The notes under the pieces were generated by a model. The model searched no databases. It saw only the letters and a list, made by a program, of their open reading frames with translations, and was not told the DNA's origin. The position numbers and the translations under genes are program-made. DNA of 41,147 bases from the NCBI RefSeq assembly GCF_006345805.1, contig NW_021832790.1:1-41147 (forward strand). The letters run 5' to 3'. Shown here piece by piece: positions 1 to 11,829 of the stretch. Numbering within the stretch: the stretch's first letter is position 1; every line of letters begins with the position of its first letter. This DNA comes from Octopus sinensis (lineage: Eukaryota).

Positions 1-1552
1 TACACTAAATCACACCCCTATATATATCCTATACAACACATCAAAATGTCTAGGCAACTATAAAAAATAAAATAGCTAAATACTTCAACACAATACTTAT
101 TCATACTCCCATACACACACACATACAACCCACATTCACGCTCTAGAAAACGGACATCACTCAAAACTATGAACGGAGAAATGGAATAAATGGAATTAAA
201 AATTAATTCACTTGGTAAAACGAACACTACTTAAAAATTATGAATGAAACAATGCAAAAAACAACAGACATCGCAAATAGACCACAATTAGTACAAATTC
301 CTTATGAAACCTACCATGATAACCAAAACTCATAAAAAATATAATGATAAAATCTCCTTTACTAAACTCTATAACAAACCTATATAGCAATCCCCCTAAC
401 CTAAACATTCACACACAAATACACACACGTAAACCACACACCCACGACATATACAAATACCCACACCACTTACACATACCAATACATACATATAAACCTC
501 AACATATACTCCAAAAACCCACTCAACCCCACACAGACAAATAAACACAAAAATTATGAATGGATTCTTTTATAAAACTACCATGGTAAGCTAAAACTCA
601 CAAAACAGAAATGATAAAACCTCCTTTACTAAACACTAAAACATACTTATATAGCAATTCCTTTAACCTATACATTCACACACAAAACCACTCGTAAACC
701 ACACACCCATAACAAATACAAACTCCCACCCCACTCACACACACCCAGAAGTACATATAAGCCTCAAACATATACACAAACAAAATTACTTTACCAAGGA
801 ACTTAACATATATATAAAAGTATAACCGCTCTGGAAACGACACATCTCTAAATTAATGAATGGAGAAATTGAATAATAAATGGAATTAAAAATAAAATTC
901 ACGTGGCAAAAAGAACTCCACTCAAAAATTATGAATGAAAAAATATAATAAAACAACCAACATCGAAAATAGACAAATTACTACGAATTCCTAAAAAAAA
1001 CCATGATAAACCAAAAACTCTTAAAAAAATATACGATAAATCTCCTTTGCTAAACTCTATAACAAACCTATATAGTAATCCCCCTAACCTAAACATTCAC
1101 ACACAAACACACACGTAAACCACAGACCCACGACTTATACACATACCTAAACTAACTTATAAACCCCATATACACCAAAACCCACTCCCTCCCACACAGA
1201 CAAATTACTCATACATCCCAAAACCTAAATAACAAACCCATATAACATTCACACACAAACACACACACAAAAAAACACACAACACAACAGATACATATAC
1301 TCCCTCACATATACGCATATACATACTCACTAAACTCATATATATACAACAATATTTACACACCCACACCCATACAGATAAATAAATTATACAACTAAAA
1401 ACTCGCACACAATCTCATATACATAAACACTCCTATGAAAACAACATTAAATACATCGTAATTAACCAGAATATCAAAAATAACAATATGACATAAAGGT
1501 AAATAAAATACATACTTACAATTCAGTGTCAAATTATGAAGTGAAATTAAAT
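1..1552 (-). repeat. Inverted copy of 4613-6178
   Basis: Base 1 (tacactaa) pairs with 6171-6178 (ttagtgta). Reverse-complement similarity runs to aattatgaagtgaaattaaatt at about 1552 (partner about 4613). Differences are mostly 1-2 nt indels. Confidence 0.95.
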
Positions 1553-1596
1553 TATGTCGTTGAAATTGTGAATTAATGGGTGGAGTTGGGAATTGT

Positions 1597-4500
1597 AACC
1601 GGGTGGTGGACTAGCGTTGCTTGGAATTGGGAATTGATTAGTGTGGTAGTGAGGTAGGCATCGGGAATAGGTTTGGGTTGCTGTAGGTTGTTTGTTAGAG
1701 CTGCTAGGGTGAGCTAAAGCTCATAAATGTATATAATGGTTTTTCATGGTAGTGTTTTAAAGAATCCATTCATTATAAATTTTTTTACGTAGTGTTGGTT
1801 TGCTACGTGGATATAGTTTTAGTTCCATTTATTCTATTTCTCCATTATAATTTAATGACGTTTATTTCTATGGCGCGTATTCTCTCTTTTTTTTTTTTTT
1901 TTTTTTTTTACATAAGTTATTTCTATGGTAACGTAATTTGGTTTGGTTTTTTTAACGGCTAAGAATTTAATTACTTCATTATTTGAAATTGACTGTGTAG
2001 TATGTATTTTATTTATCCTTATGTCATATTGTTATTTTGATATTCTGGTTAATTACGATGTATTTAATGTTTGTTTCATAGGAGTGTTTATGTATATGAG
2101 ATTGTGTGTGAGTTTTTGTTGTATATTTTATTTATCTGTATGAGTGTGGGTGTGTAAATATTGTTGTATATATCGAGTTAGTGAGTATATTATGAGTAAT
2201 GTGAGGGAGTATATGTATCTGTTGTGTGTGGTTTTTTTTGTGTGTGTGTGTTGTGGTGAATGTGTATATGGGTTGTTATTTAGGTTTTGGGATGTTTTGT
2301 GTTAATTTGTCTGTGTGGGGAGGGAGTGGGTTTGGTGTATATTGAGGTTTATAAATTAGGATAGGTATGTGTTAAGTTGTGGGGTGTGTTTACGAGTGTG
2401 TATTTGTGTGTGAATGTTTAGTTTAGGGGGATTATATAGGTTTGTTATAGAGTTTAGCAAAGGGAGATTTTATCGTTATATGCTTTTATGAGTTTTGGTT
2501 TATCATGGTTATTTTAGGGAATTCGTGGTAATTTGTCTATTTTCGATGTTGGTTTTTTTATTACATTGTTTCATTCATAATTTTGAGTGGTGTTCGTTTT
2601 GCCACGTGAATAACGGGTGGTGGACTAGCGTTGCTTGGAATTGGAATGGAATAGTGTAGTAGTGAGGTAGGCATAGAGAATGGGTTTGGGTTACTGCAAG
2701 TTGTTTGTTAGAGATGCAAGAGTGAGCTAAAGTTCATAGATGTATATAATGATTTTTCATGGTAGTTTTTTAAAGAATCCATTCATAATAAAATTTTTTA
2801 AGTAGTGTGATTTGCCACGTGGATACAGTTTTTAGTTCCATTTTCCTATTTCTCCATTCATAATTTAAAATGACGTTTACTTCCATGGCGCGATTTCTTT
2901 TTTTACATAAGTTATTTCTATGGTAACGTAATTTTGCTTTGATTTTTTAACGGCTAGAATTTAATTTCACTTCATAATTGACACTGAATGTAAGTATGTA
3001 TTTTATTTATCCTTATGTCATATTGTTATTTTTGATATTCTGGTTAATTACGATGATTTAATGTTGTTTTCATAGGTGTGTTTATGTTATATGAGATTGT
3101 GTGCGAGTTTTAGTTGTTTAATTTATTTTCTGTATGAGTGTGGGTGTGTAAATATTGTGTATATTCGAGTTTAGTGAGTATGTATATGCCGTATATGTGA
3201 GGGAGTATATGTATCTGTTGTGTGTGTGGTGGTGTTTTGCGTGTGTGTGTGTTTGTGTGTGAATGTGTATATGGGTTTGTTATTTAGGTTTTGGGATGTA
3301 TGTGTTAATTTGTCTGTGTGGGAGGGAGTGGTTTTTGGTGTATATTGAGGTTTATAAGTTAGTATAGGGTATGTGTATAAGTCGTGGGTCTGTGGTTTAC
3401 GAGTGTGTATTTGTGTGTGAATGTTAGGTTAGGGAGATTGCTATATAGGTTTGTTATAGAGTTTAGTAAAGGGAGATTTATCGTTATATGTTTTTAGGAG
3501 TTTTGGTTATCATGGTTTTTTTAGGGAATTCGTTGGTAATTGTCCATTTTCGATGTTGGTTGTTTTATTACATTGTTTCATTCATAATTTTTGAGTGGTG
3601 TTCGTTTTTGCCACGTGAATAACGGGAGGTGGACTAGCGTTGTTTGGAATTGTGAATGGAATAGTGTAGTAGTGAGGTAGGCATAGAGAATGGGTTTGGG
3701 TTACTGCAAGTTGTTTGTTAGTCTTTTTTTACATAAGTTATTTCTATGGTAAGTAATTTGGGTTTGATTTTTAACGGCTAAGAATTTAATTTCACTTCAT
3801 AATTTGACACTGAATTGTAAGTATTGTATTTTATTTACCTTTATGTCATATTGTTACTTTTGATATTCTGGTTAATTACGATGTATTTAATGTTGTTTTC
3901 ATAGGAGTGTTATGTATATGAGATTGTGTGCGAGTTTTTAGTTGTATAATTTATTTATCTGTATGAGTGTGGGTGTGTAAATATGTTGTATATATCGAGT
4001 TTAGTGAGTATGTATATGCGTATATGTGAGGGAGTATATGTATCTGTGTGTGTTGTGTGTTTTGCGTGTGTGTGGTTTGTGTGTGAATGTGTATATGGGT
4101 TTTTTATTTAGTTTTGGGATGTATGTGTTAATTTGTCTGTGTGGGAGGGGGAGTGGGTTTTGGTGTATATTGAGGTTTATAAGTTAGTATAGGTATGTGT
4201 ATAAGTCGTGGGTCTGTGGTTTACGAGTGTGTATTTGTGTGTGAATGTTTAGGTTAGGAGATTGCTATATAGGTTTGTTATAGATTTAGTAACGGAGATT
4301 TATCGTTATAGGTTTTTAGGAGTTTTGGTTTATCATGGTTTTTTTAGGGATTCGTCGGGTAATTTGTCCATTTTCGATGGTTGGTTGTTTTAATTACATT
4401 GTTTCATTCATAATTTTTGAGTGGTGTTCGTTTTTGCCACGTGAATAACCGGGAGGTGGATAGCGTTGTTTGGAATTGTGAATGGAATAGTGTTAGTGTG

Positions 4501-5280
4501 AGGGGTAGGCATAGAGATGGGTTTGGGTTATTACTGCAAGTTGTTTGTAGTCTTTTTTAAATAAGTTATTTCTTATGGTACGTAATTTTGGTTTGTTTTT
4601 TTTTAACGCTAAGAATTTATTTCACTTCATAATTTGACACTGAATTGTAAGTATGTATTTTATTTTACCTTTATGTCATATTGTTATTTTGATATTCTGG
4701 TTAATTACGATGTTTTAATGTTGTGTTTTCATAGGAGTGTTTATGTATATGAGATTGTGTGCGAGTTTTTTTTTTAGTTGTTATATTTTTTCTCTGTATG
4801 AGGGTGGGTGTGTAATATTGTTGTATATATTGAGTTTAGTGAGTATGTATATGCGTATATGTGAGGGAGTATATGTATCTGTTGTGTTGTGTGTGTTTTG
4901 CGTGTGTGGTGTGGTTGTGTGTGAATGTGTATCGGGTTTGTTATTTAGGTTTTGGGATGTATGAGTTAATTTGTCTGTGTGGGAGGGAGTGGTTTTGGTG
5001 TATATGGAGGTTTATAAGTTAGTTTAGGTATGTGTATAAGTCGTGGGTCTGTGGTTTACGTGTGTGTTTGGTGTGAATGTTTAGTTAGGGGGAATTACTA
5101 TATAGTTGTTATAGAGTTTAGCAAAGGGAGATTTTATCGTTATTGTTTTTAAGAGTTTTGGTTTATCATGGTTTTTTTTTAGGGAATTCGTAGTAAATTT
5201 GTCTATTTTCGATGTTGGTTGTTTTATTATATTGTTTCATTCATAATTTTTGAGTGGAGTTATTTTTGCCACGTGAATTT
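1597..5280 (+). repeat. Tandem array of four long units (about 1014, 1009, 827, 830 bp)
   Basis: Landmark ggg(t/a)ggtgga(c)tagcg at 1601, 2615, 3624 and 4451. Units 3 and 4 share an internal deletion of about 180 bp between gttgtttgt(t)ag and tttttt..ataag. Confidence 0.93.
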
Positions 5281-6130
5281 TATTTTTAATTCCATTTATT
5301 CAATTTCTCCATTCATTAATTTAGAGATGTTCGTTTCCAGAGCGGTTATACTTTTTATATATATGTTAAGTTCCTTGGTAAAGTAATTTTGTTTGGTGTA
5401 TATGTTGAGGCTTATATGTACTTCTGGGTGTGTGTGAGTGGGGGGAGTTTGTATTTGTTATGGGTGTGTGGTTTACGAGTGGTTTGTGTGTGAATGTATA
5501 GGTTAAAGGAATTGCTATATAAAGTATGTTTTAGTGTTTAGTAAAGGGAGGTGTTTTATCATTTCTGTTTTGTGAGTTTTAGCTATCATGGTAGTTTTAT
5601 AAAAGAATCCATTCATAATTTTTGTGTGTTTATTTGTCTGTGGTGGGTTTGAGTGGGTTTTTGGAGTATATGTTGAGGTTATATGTATGTATTGGTATGT
5701 GGTAAGTGGTTTGGGTATTGGATATGTCGTGGGTGTGGTTTACGTGTGTGTATTTGTGTGTGAATGTTTAGGGTAGGGGGATTGCTATATAGGTTGTTAT
5801 AGAGTTTAGTAAGGGAGATTTTATCATTATATGTTTTATGAGTTTGGTTATCATGGTAGGTTTCATAAGGAATTGTACTAATTTGTGTCTATTGCGATGT
5901 CTGTGTTTTATTGCATTGTTTCATTCATAATTTTTAAGTAGTGTTCGTTTTACCAATTGAATATAATTTTAAATTCCATTTATTCCATTTCTCCGTTCAT
6001 AGTTTTGAGTGATGTCCGTTTTCTAGAGCGTGAATGTGGGTTGTATGTGTGTGTGTATGGGAGTATTGAATAAGTATTGTTGTGAAAGTTATTTTAGCTA
6101 TTTTATTTATTTATAGTTGCCTAGGACATT
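5281..6130 (+). repeat. Older, diverged sub-repeats related to the long units
   Basis: Block tttacg.gtg..gtgtgtgaatgt.tagg...attgctatata...gggag...tatcatggt recurs at about 5474 and 5741 (also once per long unit). Block ttccatttatt..atttctcc.ttcat recurs at about 5290 and 5975. Confidence 0.85.
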
Positions 6131-6441
6131 TTGATGTGTATGTATAGGGATATATATATAGGTGTGTTGATTAGTGTATGTAGTTTAGATATGGTTATAT
6201 ATAATTACGTATATGCGTATGGTGTATATATAGTTTATTATGATATTATTATTATATTTTTTTTTGTTTTGTTTAATTTTATATTTTATATTTATTATTT
6301 TATATTTTATATTTTATATTAATGTTGATAGTTTTTTTTAGTTTATATATTGTTATATATTGTTATATATGGATTATAGATAGGTTATATATGGATTATA
6401 TACTTATATTTTTCATTCATACTTTAATTATTTTAAAATTA

Positions 6442-6482
6442 GATTTTTTATATTTTAAAATATTGATTTTTAGATTGGAAGT
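6442..6482 (-). pseudogene. Possible 3' half of a mitochondrial-type tRNA-Gly
   Basis: Minus strand gaCTTCCAAtctaa (TCC anticodon loop plus 3' stem strand), T-arm ATATT-ttaa-AATAT, acceptor 3' strand AAAAAAT. The 5' half is absent. Confidence 0.35.
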
Positions 6483-6523
6483 CCACCTGAAGATTGCCGA
6501 TCAAGACAGAACGATTGTAGTGG
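6483..6523 (+). ncRNA. Decayed minimal type I hammerhead-ribozyme-like motif (Penelope-type)
   Basis: CCAC-CTGAAGA-(weak stem II)-GAA-CGATTGT-A-GTGG: stem I CCAC/GTGG, intact CUGANGA, GAAA lacking one A, near-palindromic stem III. Confidence 0.45.
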
Positions 6524-6730
6524 CGGTTTTTTTGACTATTTATTAAAATTTATGTATGATTAGTCTTTCCTTGTTTGGTTTTTTTGCAAAATGTGGTTTT
6601 TGGTCTCGAATAATATTTTATAATATATAATATATATATATATATATATACTATATATTATATATATAATAATATATATGCATATATATATGTATATACC
6701 CACATATTATACACACCACACATACACACA

Positions 6731-6934
6731 CACGAAATTTCCAAGCCAAATTTTACAATATTTTATGCGTCTTGTTTCAAGAACGGTTTGATTACTGGTG
6801 AACAGTTAACATCGCTGACGAGAACGGAGATGAAAGTTGTAGTTGGGAAACAGTTGGATGACATGGAATTGGAAGAGAGTTACCTGCATCATGATTGGCC
6901 GCACTATGACGATATCATGACTGCTGCTCTATGA
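6731..6934 (+). pseudogene. Start-less open frame with SAM (sterile alpha motif)-like segment
   Basis: Translates HEISKPNFTIFYASCFKNGLITGEQLTSLTRTEMKVVVGKQLDDMELEESYLHHDWPHYDDIMTAAL*. The YA..F....I.G..L..LT..EMK spacing matches the SAM core consensus as I recall it. Confidence 0.35.
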
Positions 6935-6992
6935 TTTGTGAATATGGTAAAAGTTGTCTGTAAGACGTTAAATAAATATCGCGAAATCCATG

Positions 6993-7435
6993 TTTCCCCA
7001 AATTTTGAATCTCTATGGTTGTGTCTTCAGTGAGCATGAAGTTATGCCACCGAACATCTCTGAGCGGAGTCTTAGGATCTGTTCAGATGACTAGATGAAA
7101 CTGCTGGAGACTGTGAGCAAACCCTGGCTGAAGGAGTTTGCAACTGAAGGACTTTAAGCGTGGTAGCAAGATTTTATCCTTGGAGATGTCAGAAGTGGTT
7201 GAGAGAGCAGTTCTACGATTCCGCCATCCTCCCATTTTAATCTCGTTGTCTACTATGTGCGGGGTACAGTTGAGAAAGACACCAACCGCTCTGCCTTCAA
7301 AGACGAGCAGAACTGGGGGTCAAGGTCAAAGAGATGTTGGAAGACTTTCTCAGGAACACAGTGATGAAAGCATGCGCCAGGTTCCAGTGCCATATTGAGG
7401 CCAAGGTTGAGGCTGAGAGAAACTATTTTGAGCAA
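6993..7435 (+). mobile_element. Tc1/mariner (maT/DD37D-like) transposase relic, C-terminal half
   Basis: Frames give FPQILNLYGCVFSEHEVMPPNI..LRI..MKLLETVSKPWLKEF, W*QD, CQKWLREQFYD and PPSSHFNLVVYYVRGTVEKDTNR (decayed WPPxSPDLNPLDY), with stops and frameshifts. Confidence 0.85.
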
Positions 7436-7811
7436 ACTGTCATCTCTCACCTGTAATTTAATCGGTATTTAAAAACTTTTTTGACTGCTTTTCTTTTTGG
7501 ATTGGATATTGTGTGCTCTTATGCTTTTACACAAGATGTTAAATTTAGTCCAAACTCCCTGAATAAATACGAATTCAGTTCCTCACAATTTCCGAAATCT
7601 GCACATTTTCAAATTGAAGTTTTGCTATAGGACATTTTCTGGGATATCGATTACAAAAGTGTTGATAATAAAATTTTAAAATAGGGGTTTCGGATCGTTA
7701 TTCCCGTCCCCGCAGCGAATTTGTTACTAACCCAAATCGCGTAACATTAAAAAAATTTTCCTTTATTTTAATTGTTATGCACGAAATATCAGCATGATGT
7801 AATATATACAC

Positions 7812-8463
7812 CAGTGGTTCCCAAACTATGAGTCGCGACCCATCTGTGGGTCGCAAAAAGTTATAAACTTACGCATTAGCTTTGATTAACTGCTGTCTAT
7901 CGAGATAGTTCAAGACTTATGTTTTCAATACCAGACTTGTTGTTTTATCAAGCAGTAGGCTTTTTCAAGAACTTAACAAATCAAAGTCTGTCATTTCCTC
8001 AAGTTATTTATTCTTACGTAATCGTAAAAAGGAAAGGTCTGTTTTTACCTATTTATAGAGAACTTCCTTGAAAATAACTATTAACACCCGGTTCTGGGCG
8101 TCTCTTCAAACCTCGTACCCAATCATTTCCACCGAAACATTAAAATTACTTCTCCCTTTCAGGTCATCTTATATTTGTGAAGCTGGATTTTCAGCAATGG
8201 TTGAGATTAAAAGCAAATATCGAAATAAACTGCAGCTCTCAAATTCTTTACGCCTGAAACTATCACGCATTGAACCTGATGTTAATTCTATTATTGAGCG
8301 TAGCAAGAAACAGGCTCATCCTTCTCACAGGCCTCACTGAAGATGTAATCTGAAATAAATTTGTTAATTTCATGAATGTTTTTACTCGGTAGAGTTAAGT
8401 GGGTCGTCGTAAACTGGTGTGATAAATAGTGGGTCGCGACTCGAAAAAGTTTGGGAACCACTG
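7812..8463 (+). mobile_element. Non-autonomous hAT (Buster/Charlie-like) element, 652 bp
   Basis: Perfect 16-bp TIR CAGTGGTTCCCAAACT / AGTTTGGGAACCACTG, subterminal GAGTCGCGACCCA at both ends, and perfect 8-bp TSD ATATACAC (7804-7811, 8464-8471) with central TA. Confidence 0.96.
8068..8340 (+). pseudogene. hAT transposase C-terminal dimerisation-domain fragment
   Basis: FWASLQTSYPIISTETLKLLLPFRSSYICEAGFSAMVEIKSKYRNKL...KQAHPSH is the typical Buster/ZBED C-terminus. Confidence 0.88.
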
Positions 8464-8789
8464 ATATACACTATGGAACCAATTCCTGCAAAATGTCATT
8501 TACAAATATGCCTTATAGAGTTATGAAGACTGATCCGAAATTCCTTAAAATTATTTTGCTTATGTCAGCAAAAGAATTAAAATTCCACATCTCTGCAAAA
8601 TTTTATTCAAAAATATGCATTTTTTCAGAAACTTACGAAAAAACAGATTCTTGTATGGGTGCCAAACTTTATTTGTGTTTATGCCAAAAAATTTATGTGA
8701 AACGCAGTAATTCTGCTGATGCAGTAATTATAACAATGGGGTTGACTTATATGTTGGTTTCATATTTTGGCACAATGTCAGTAAATTCT

Positions 8790-8962
8790 GTGGAGGGGTT
8801 GAGTCAATTACATCGATCCCAGTACTCGACTGGTATTAATATTATTGACATCAAAAAGATGAAAAGTAAACTCGACACCGACGGGATTTGAGATGAGAAC
8901 GTAAATACGGACAAAATGGCGCTAAGTAATTTTTCCGGACGTACAAACGATTCTGGCAGCTC
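8790..8962 (-). mobile_element. tRNA-derived SINE, family B (diverged)
   Basis: Matches other B copies: atcgatcccagt..gaaaagtaaactcgac..gatttgag..gaacgtaa..gattctggcagctc. Confidence 0.75.
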
Positions 8963-10445
8963 AGAGCGCTAAAAATGGACTGTATATATAAAGAAAAAAC
9001 CCCACAAAAACAGTTAGTTTCAAAAAAAAATATATCGACCACAATTAAACTGGAACGAAGATATTCAGAGAAAAATAATCAACTGAAGACTAAATATAGA
9101 GAAATAAAAATGGTATACGATAGAAAAATGTTGATTTTATTAAAAGTGAAATTACTTATGTAGAAAGTTGAAACTCATAATCAGCAATTTGACTTTCTCA
9201 ATGTTTTCTGTTATAAAAAAAGTATTTTGTAATCACTTTTTGTATTGTTGATGGATTTCAAATTCAATAAAGCATTTGAAATCAATAAAATTTAATGCTA
9301 CTGTAGTATATACAAACTTGCGTACTTTGATACATTCATATTTATGTGTGTGTGTGTTTGTGTGTGTGTATGTGTGTATACACAGGCATACATCAATACA
9401 TACGTACTTATATGCATTATACGTACTTGTATATATGCATATATGTGTATGTATGTGTATCTCTCTGTCTCCATATTGCTTATCTCTATCTCTGTTTATA
9501 TCTACACACACACAGACACACACACACACACAAGTGTTTTAGTTTATTATGTACAAATGCATCGCCGTTCCGCACATGCCATTCGATGCGCATTCATTTG
9601 CTCCGGCGACTTCGATTAAATAAAAGAAATCGAAGGAAGCTATTATGACGTTCATTTATTTCGCTGTTTCGTTTCGTTTTCGGATCCCAGTCAAAATTTT
9701 CGCTATTTCACTACGTCAGTTGAATACCACAGAAGTTGGGAAAGAAATACTAAAAACAAACAATAAATTAAATGGAGAGATTCAATTGACAAACTAAAAA
9801 CTTATTTATGTTATAATATAATATACTATAAATATAATGTAATATAATATAACATAAAAAATTATTTAAAAAACGAAAGAAGCCAACAATTGTTTCGCCT
9901 TATTTACGTTATTTTATTTATAAACAATTTGTATCCATGTATACAAGTCTTCTCAGGGGTCTGGTCAAAAGACAAGATGAAATTTCATGTAAAATGGCTG
10001 CCAGATTGCAAAATACTGATTCCAAATACCCATGTCTAGGAGCGTGAGTGTTAACTATTCAAAAACATAACAAGTACTATAAAAGAACAAAATTATAACG
10101 AACAGAATAATTAAGTAAAGAAAATCTACAACGGTCAACATGTTTCCACATATCTCTCCAATAATATTAATTCAAATGCATTTGAGTCGAAAACAATAAC
10201 GGGCTACTTTAATAATATATCAAAAAATAAATTATCAGAGTCCCACTTAGTTTTAGAGATGGTGATAAATTGTGTAAATCAATATTTATTCTTGCCCCAG
10301 CATGGCCGCGGCCTTCGGGCTAAAACATTTTTAAGGATTTAAGGATTTATGCTTATTCATGTTCGGAAATACGTATTTCTAGTATTCTAACTAGTTATTC
10401 ATATGCAATACGTTTCAAATATTCATAATTACTAAAAAAATATAT

Positions 10446-10848
10446 GAGTGGCTGTGTGGTAAGTAGCTTGCTAACCAACCACATGGTTCCGGGTTCAGTC
10501 CCACTGCGTGGCATCTTGGGCAAGTGTCTTTTGCTATAGCCCCGTGCTCACCAATGCCTTGTGAGTGGATTTGGTAGACAGAAACTGAAAGAAGCCTGTG
10601 ATATATATGTATATATATGTGTGTATGTGTGTATGTGTTTGTGTGTCTGTGTTTGTCCCCCTAGCATTGCTTGACAACCGATGCTGGTGTGTTTACGTCC
10701 CCGTCACTTAGCGGTTCGGCAAAAGAGACCGATAGATTAAGTACTGGGCATCCAAAGAATAAGTCCCGGGGTCGATTTGCTCGACTAAAGGCGGTGCTCC
10801 AGCATGGCCGCAGTCAATTGACTGAGGCAAGTAAAAGAGAAAAAGAGT
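10446..10848 (+). mobile_element. tRNA-derived SINE, family A, near full length
   Basis: Head gagtggctgtgtggtaag..gggttcagtccc (B-box-like), cttgggcaagtgtctt core, internal TA/TG tract, tail ggtgctccagcatggccgcagtc..aaaaga. Confidence 0.9.
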
Positions 10849-10943
10849 AATATAATTGTATACAGTGATAATATAGTATTATATTAATATAATGATAGAA
10901 TATAATAACACTTCTCAATCATTTAAAGTTACTGATATAGATA

Positions 10944-11156
10944 TTCCTTTCTAGCCTAGGAATAAGGCCCGAAATTTTGTGGGAGGGGATTAGTCGATTA
11001 GATCAAAACCAATACGCAGCTGTCACTTCATTTATCGATCCCGAAAGGATGAAAGGCAAACTCGACCTCGGTGGAATTTGAACTCAGAACGTAGCGGCAG
11101 ACGAAATACTGCTAAGTATTTTGCCCGGCGAGCTAACGTTTTGGCCAGCTCGCCGC
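10944..11156 (-). mobile_element. tRNA-derived SINE, family B, full length
   Basis: Minus strand gcggcgagctggcc..gttctgagttcaaattcc (A/B boxes)..gcctttcatcctttcgggatcgataa. Confidence 0.88.
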
Positions 11157-11248
11157 TTTAACTCATATAATTATTATTGAAAGTAACTTACAAATAATGG
11201 TCCTTAAATATAAATAACAAAAGCTAAACATATTATATATATATAATA

Positions 11249-11313
<65 letters not shown>

Positions 11314-11552
11314 TTGTGTGTGTGTACGATAAATGTAACCTAAAATATTTCTTAGAAAAGCAAATGATAAACTATAAATAATATACTTCAAAGTTTTAAT
11401 AAGTCTTTCAGAAGGAACGAAACAAGTGTTAACATAAGAATAGAACCTATAAAGTGCACAATATTATAATGAATCATGGACATTATTTAGCTTAGTTTGT
11501 ATCACAATTAATACACATATTTACAATTATTCAAAAATATATAATTGTACAT

Positions 11553-11691
11553 ATTTTATTTACATTATTTACATTTGACGGGTATCTGTCCTCATCTTAT
11601 ATCAACATTTCGGCTGATATACCCTCCAGTCTTCATCAAGTATCATGGGGAAATTTCGAACCTGGGCTCTCATTCCCAAGGTATTTTTCAA

Positions 11692-11739
<48 letters not shown>

Positions 11740-11829
11740 CGTTATTATTATTCAGATCACTGCCTGGAATCGAACTCGAAATCATGAGGTTAGTAGCCCG
11801 CGCTCTTAACCCCTACGCCATATGCCCAC
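11553..11829 (-). mobile_element. tRNA-headed SINE, family C, with (AAT)n spacer and hammerhead-like 3' region
   Basis: Minus strand: A box TGGCGTAGGGG, B box GAGTTCGATTCC, (AAT)n at about 11693-11750, then gatacTTGATGAagactggagggtatatcagccGAAATGTTga, ending in repeated TGTAAATAA. Confidence 0.8.

Larger units (their letters stand above)
1553..6482. other. Mitochondrial control-region-like DNA (NUMT or mis-joined mtDNA); alternative: nuclear satellite
   Basis: Extreme G/T-rich, C-poor plus strand over about 5 kb, tandem repeats, very AT-rich unique segment 6180-6480 and a tRNA-Gly-like half at the distal end. No mitochondrial protein gene is visible, so the call is indirect. Confidence 0.45.

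Noticed and set aside
1597-6130. Array as CRISPR or as tandem retrozyme
   Set aside because: No short repeat-unique spacer pattern, no cas genes, and no CTGANGA/GAAAC core within the units.
6381-6447. tRNA-Glu-like sequence on the plus strand (TTTTCAT loop at 6410-6416)
   Set aside because: Only 3 of 5 anticodon-stem pairs form and I cannot fold acceptor or D arms. I also cannot confirm the expected strand polarity relative to trnG.
8451-8891. 146-aa ORF
   Set aside because: It starts inside the hAT TIR and ends inside a B SINE, with no recognisable domain.
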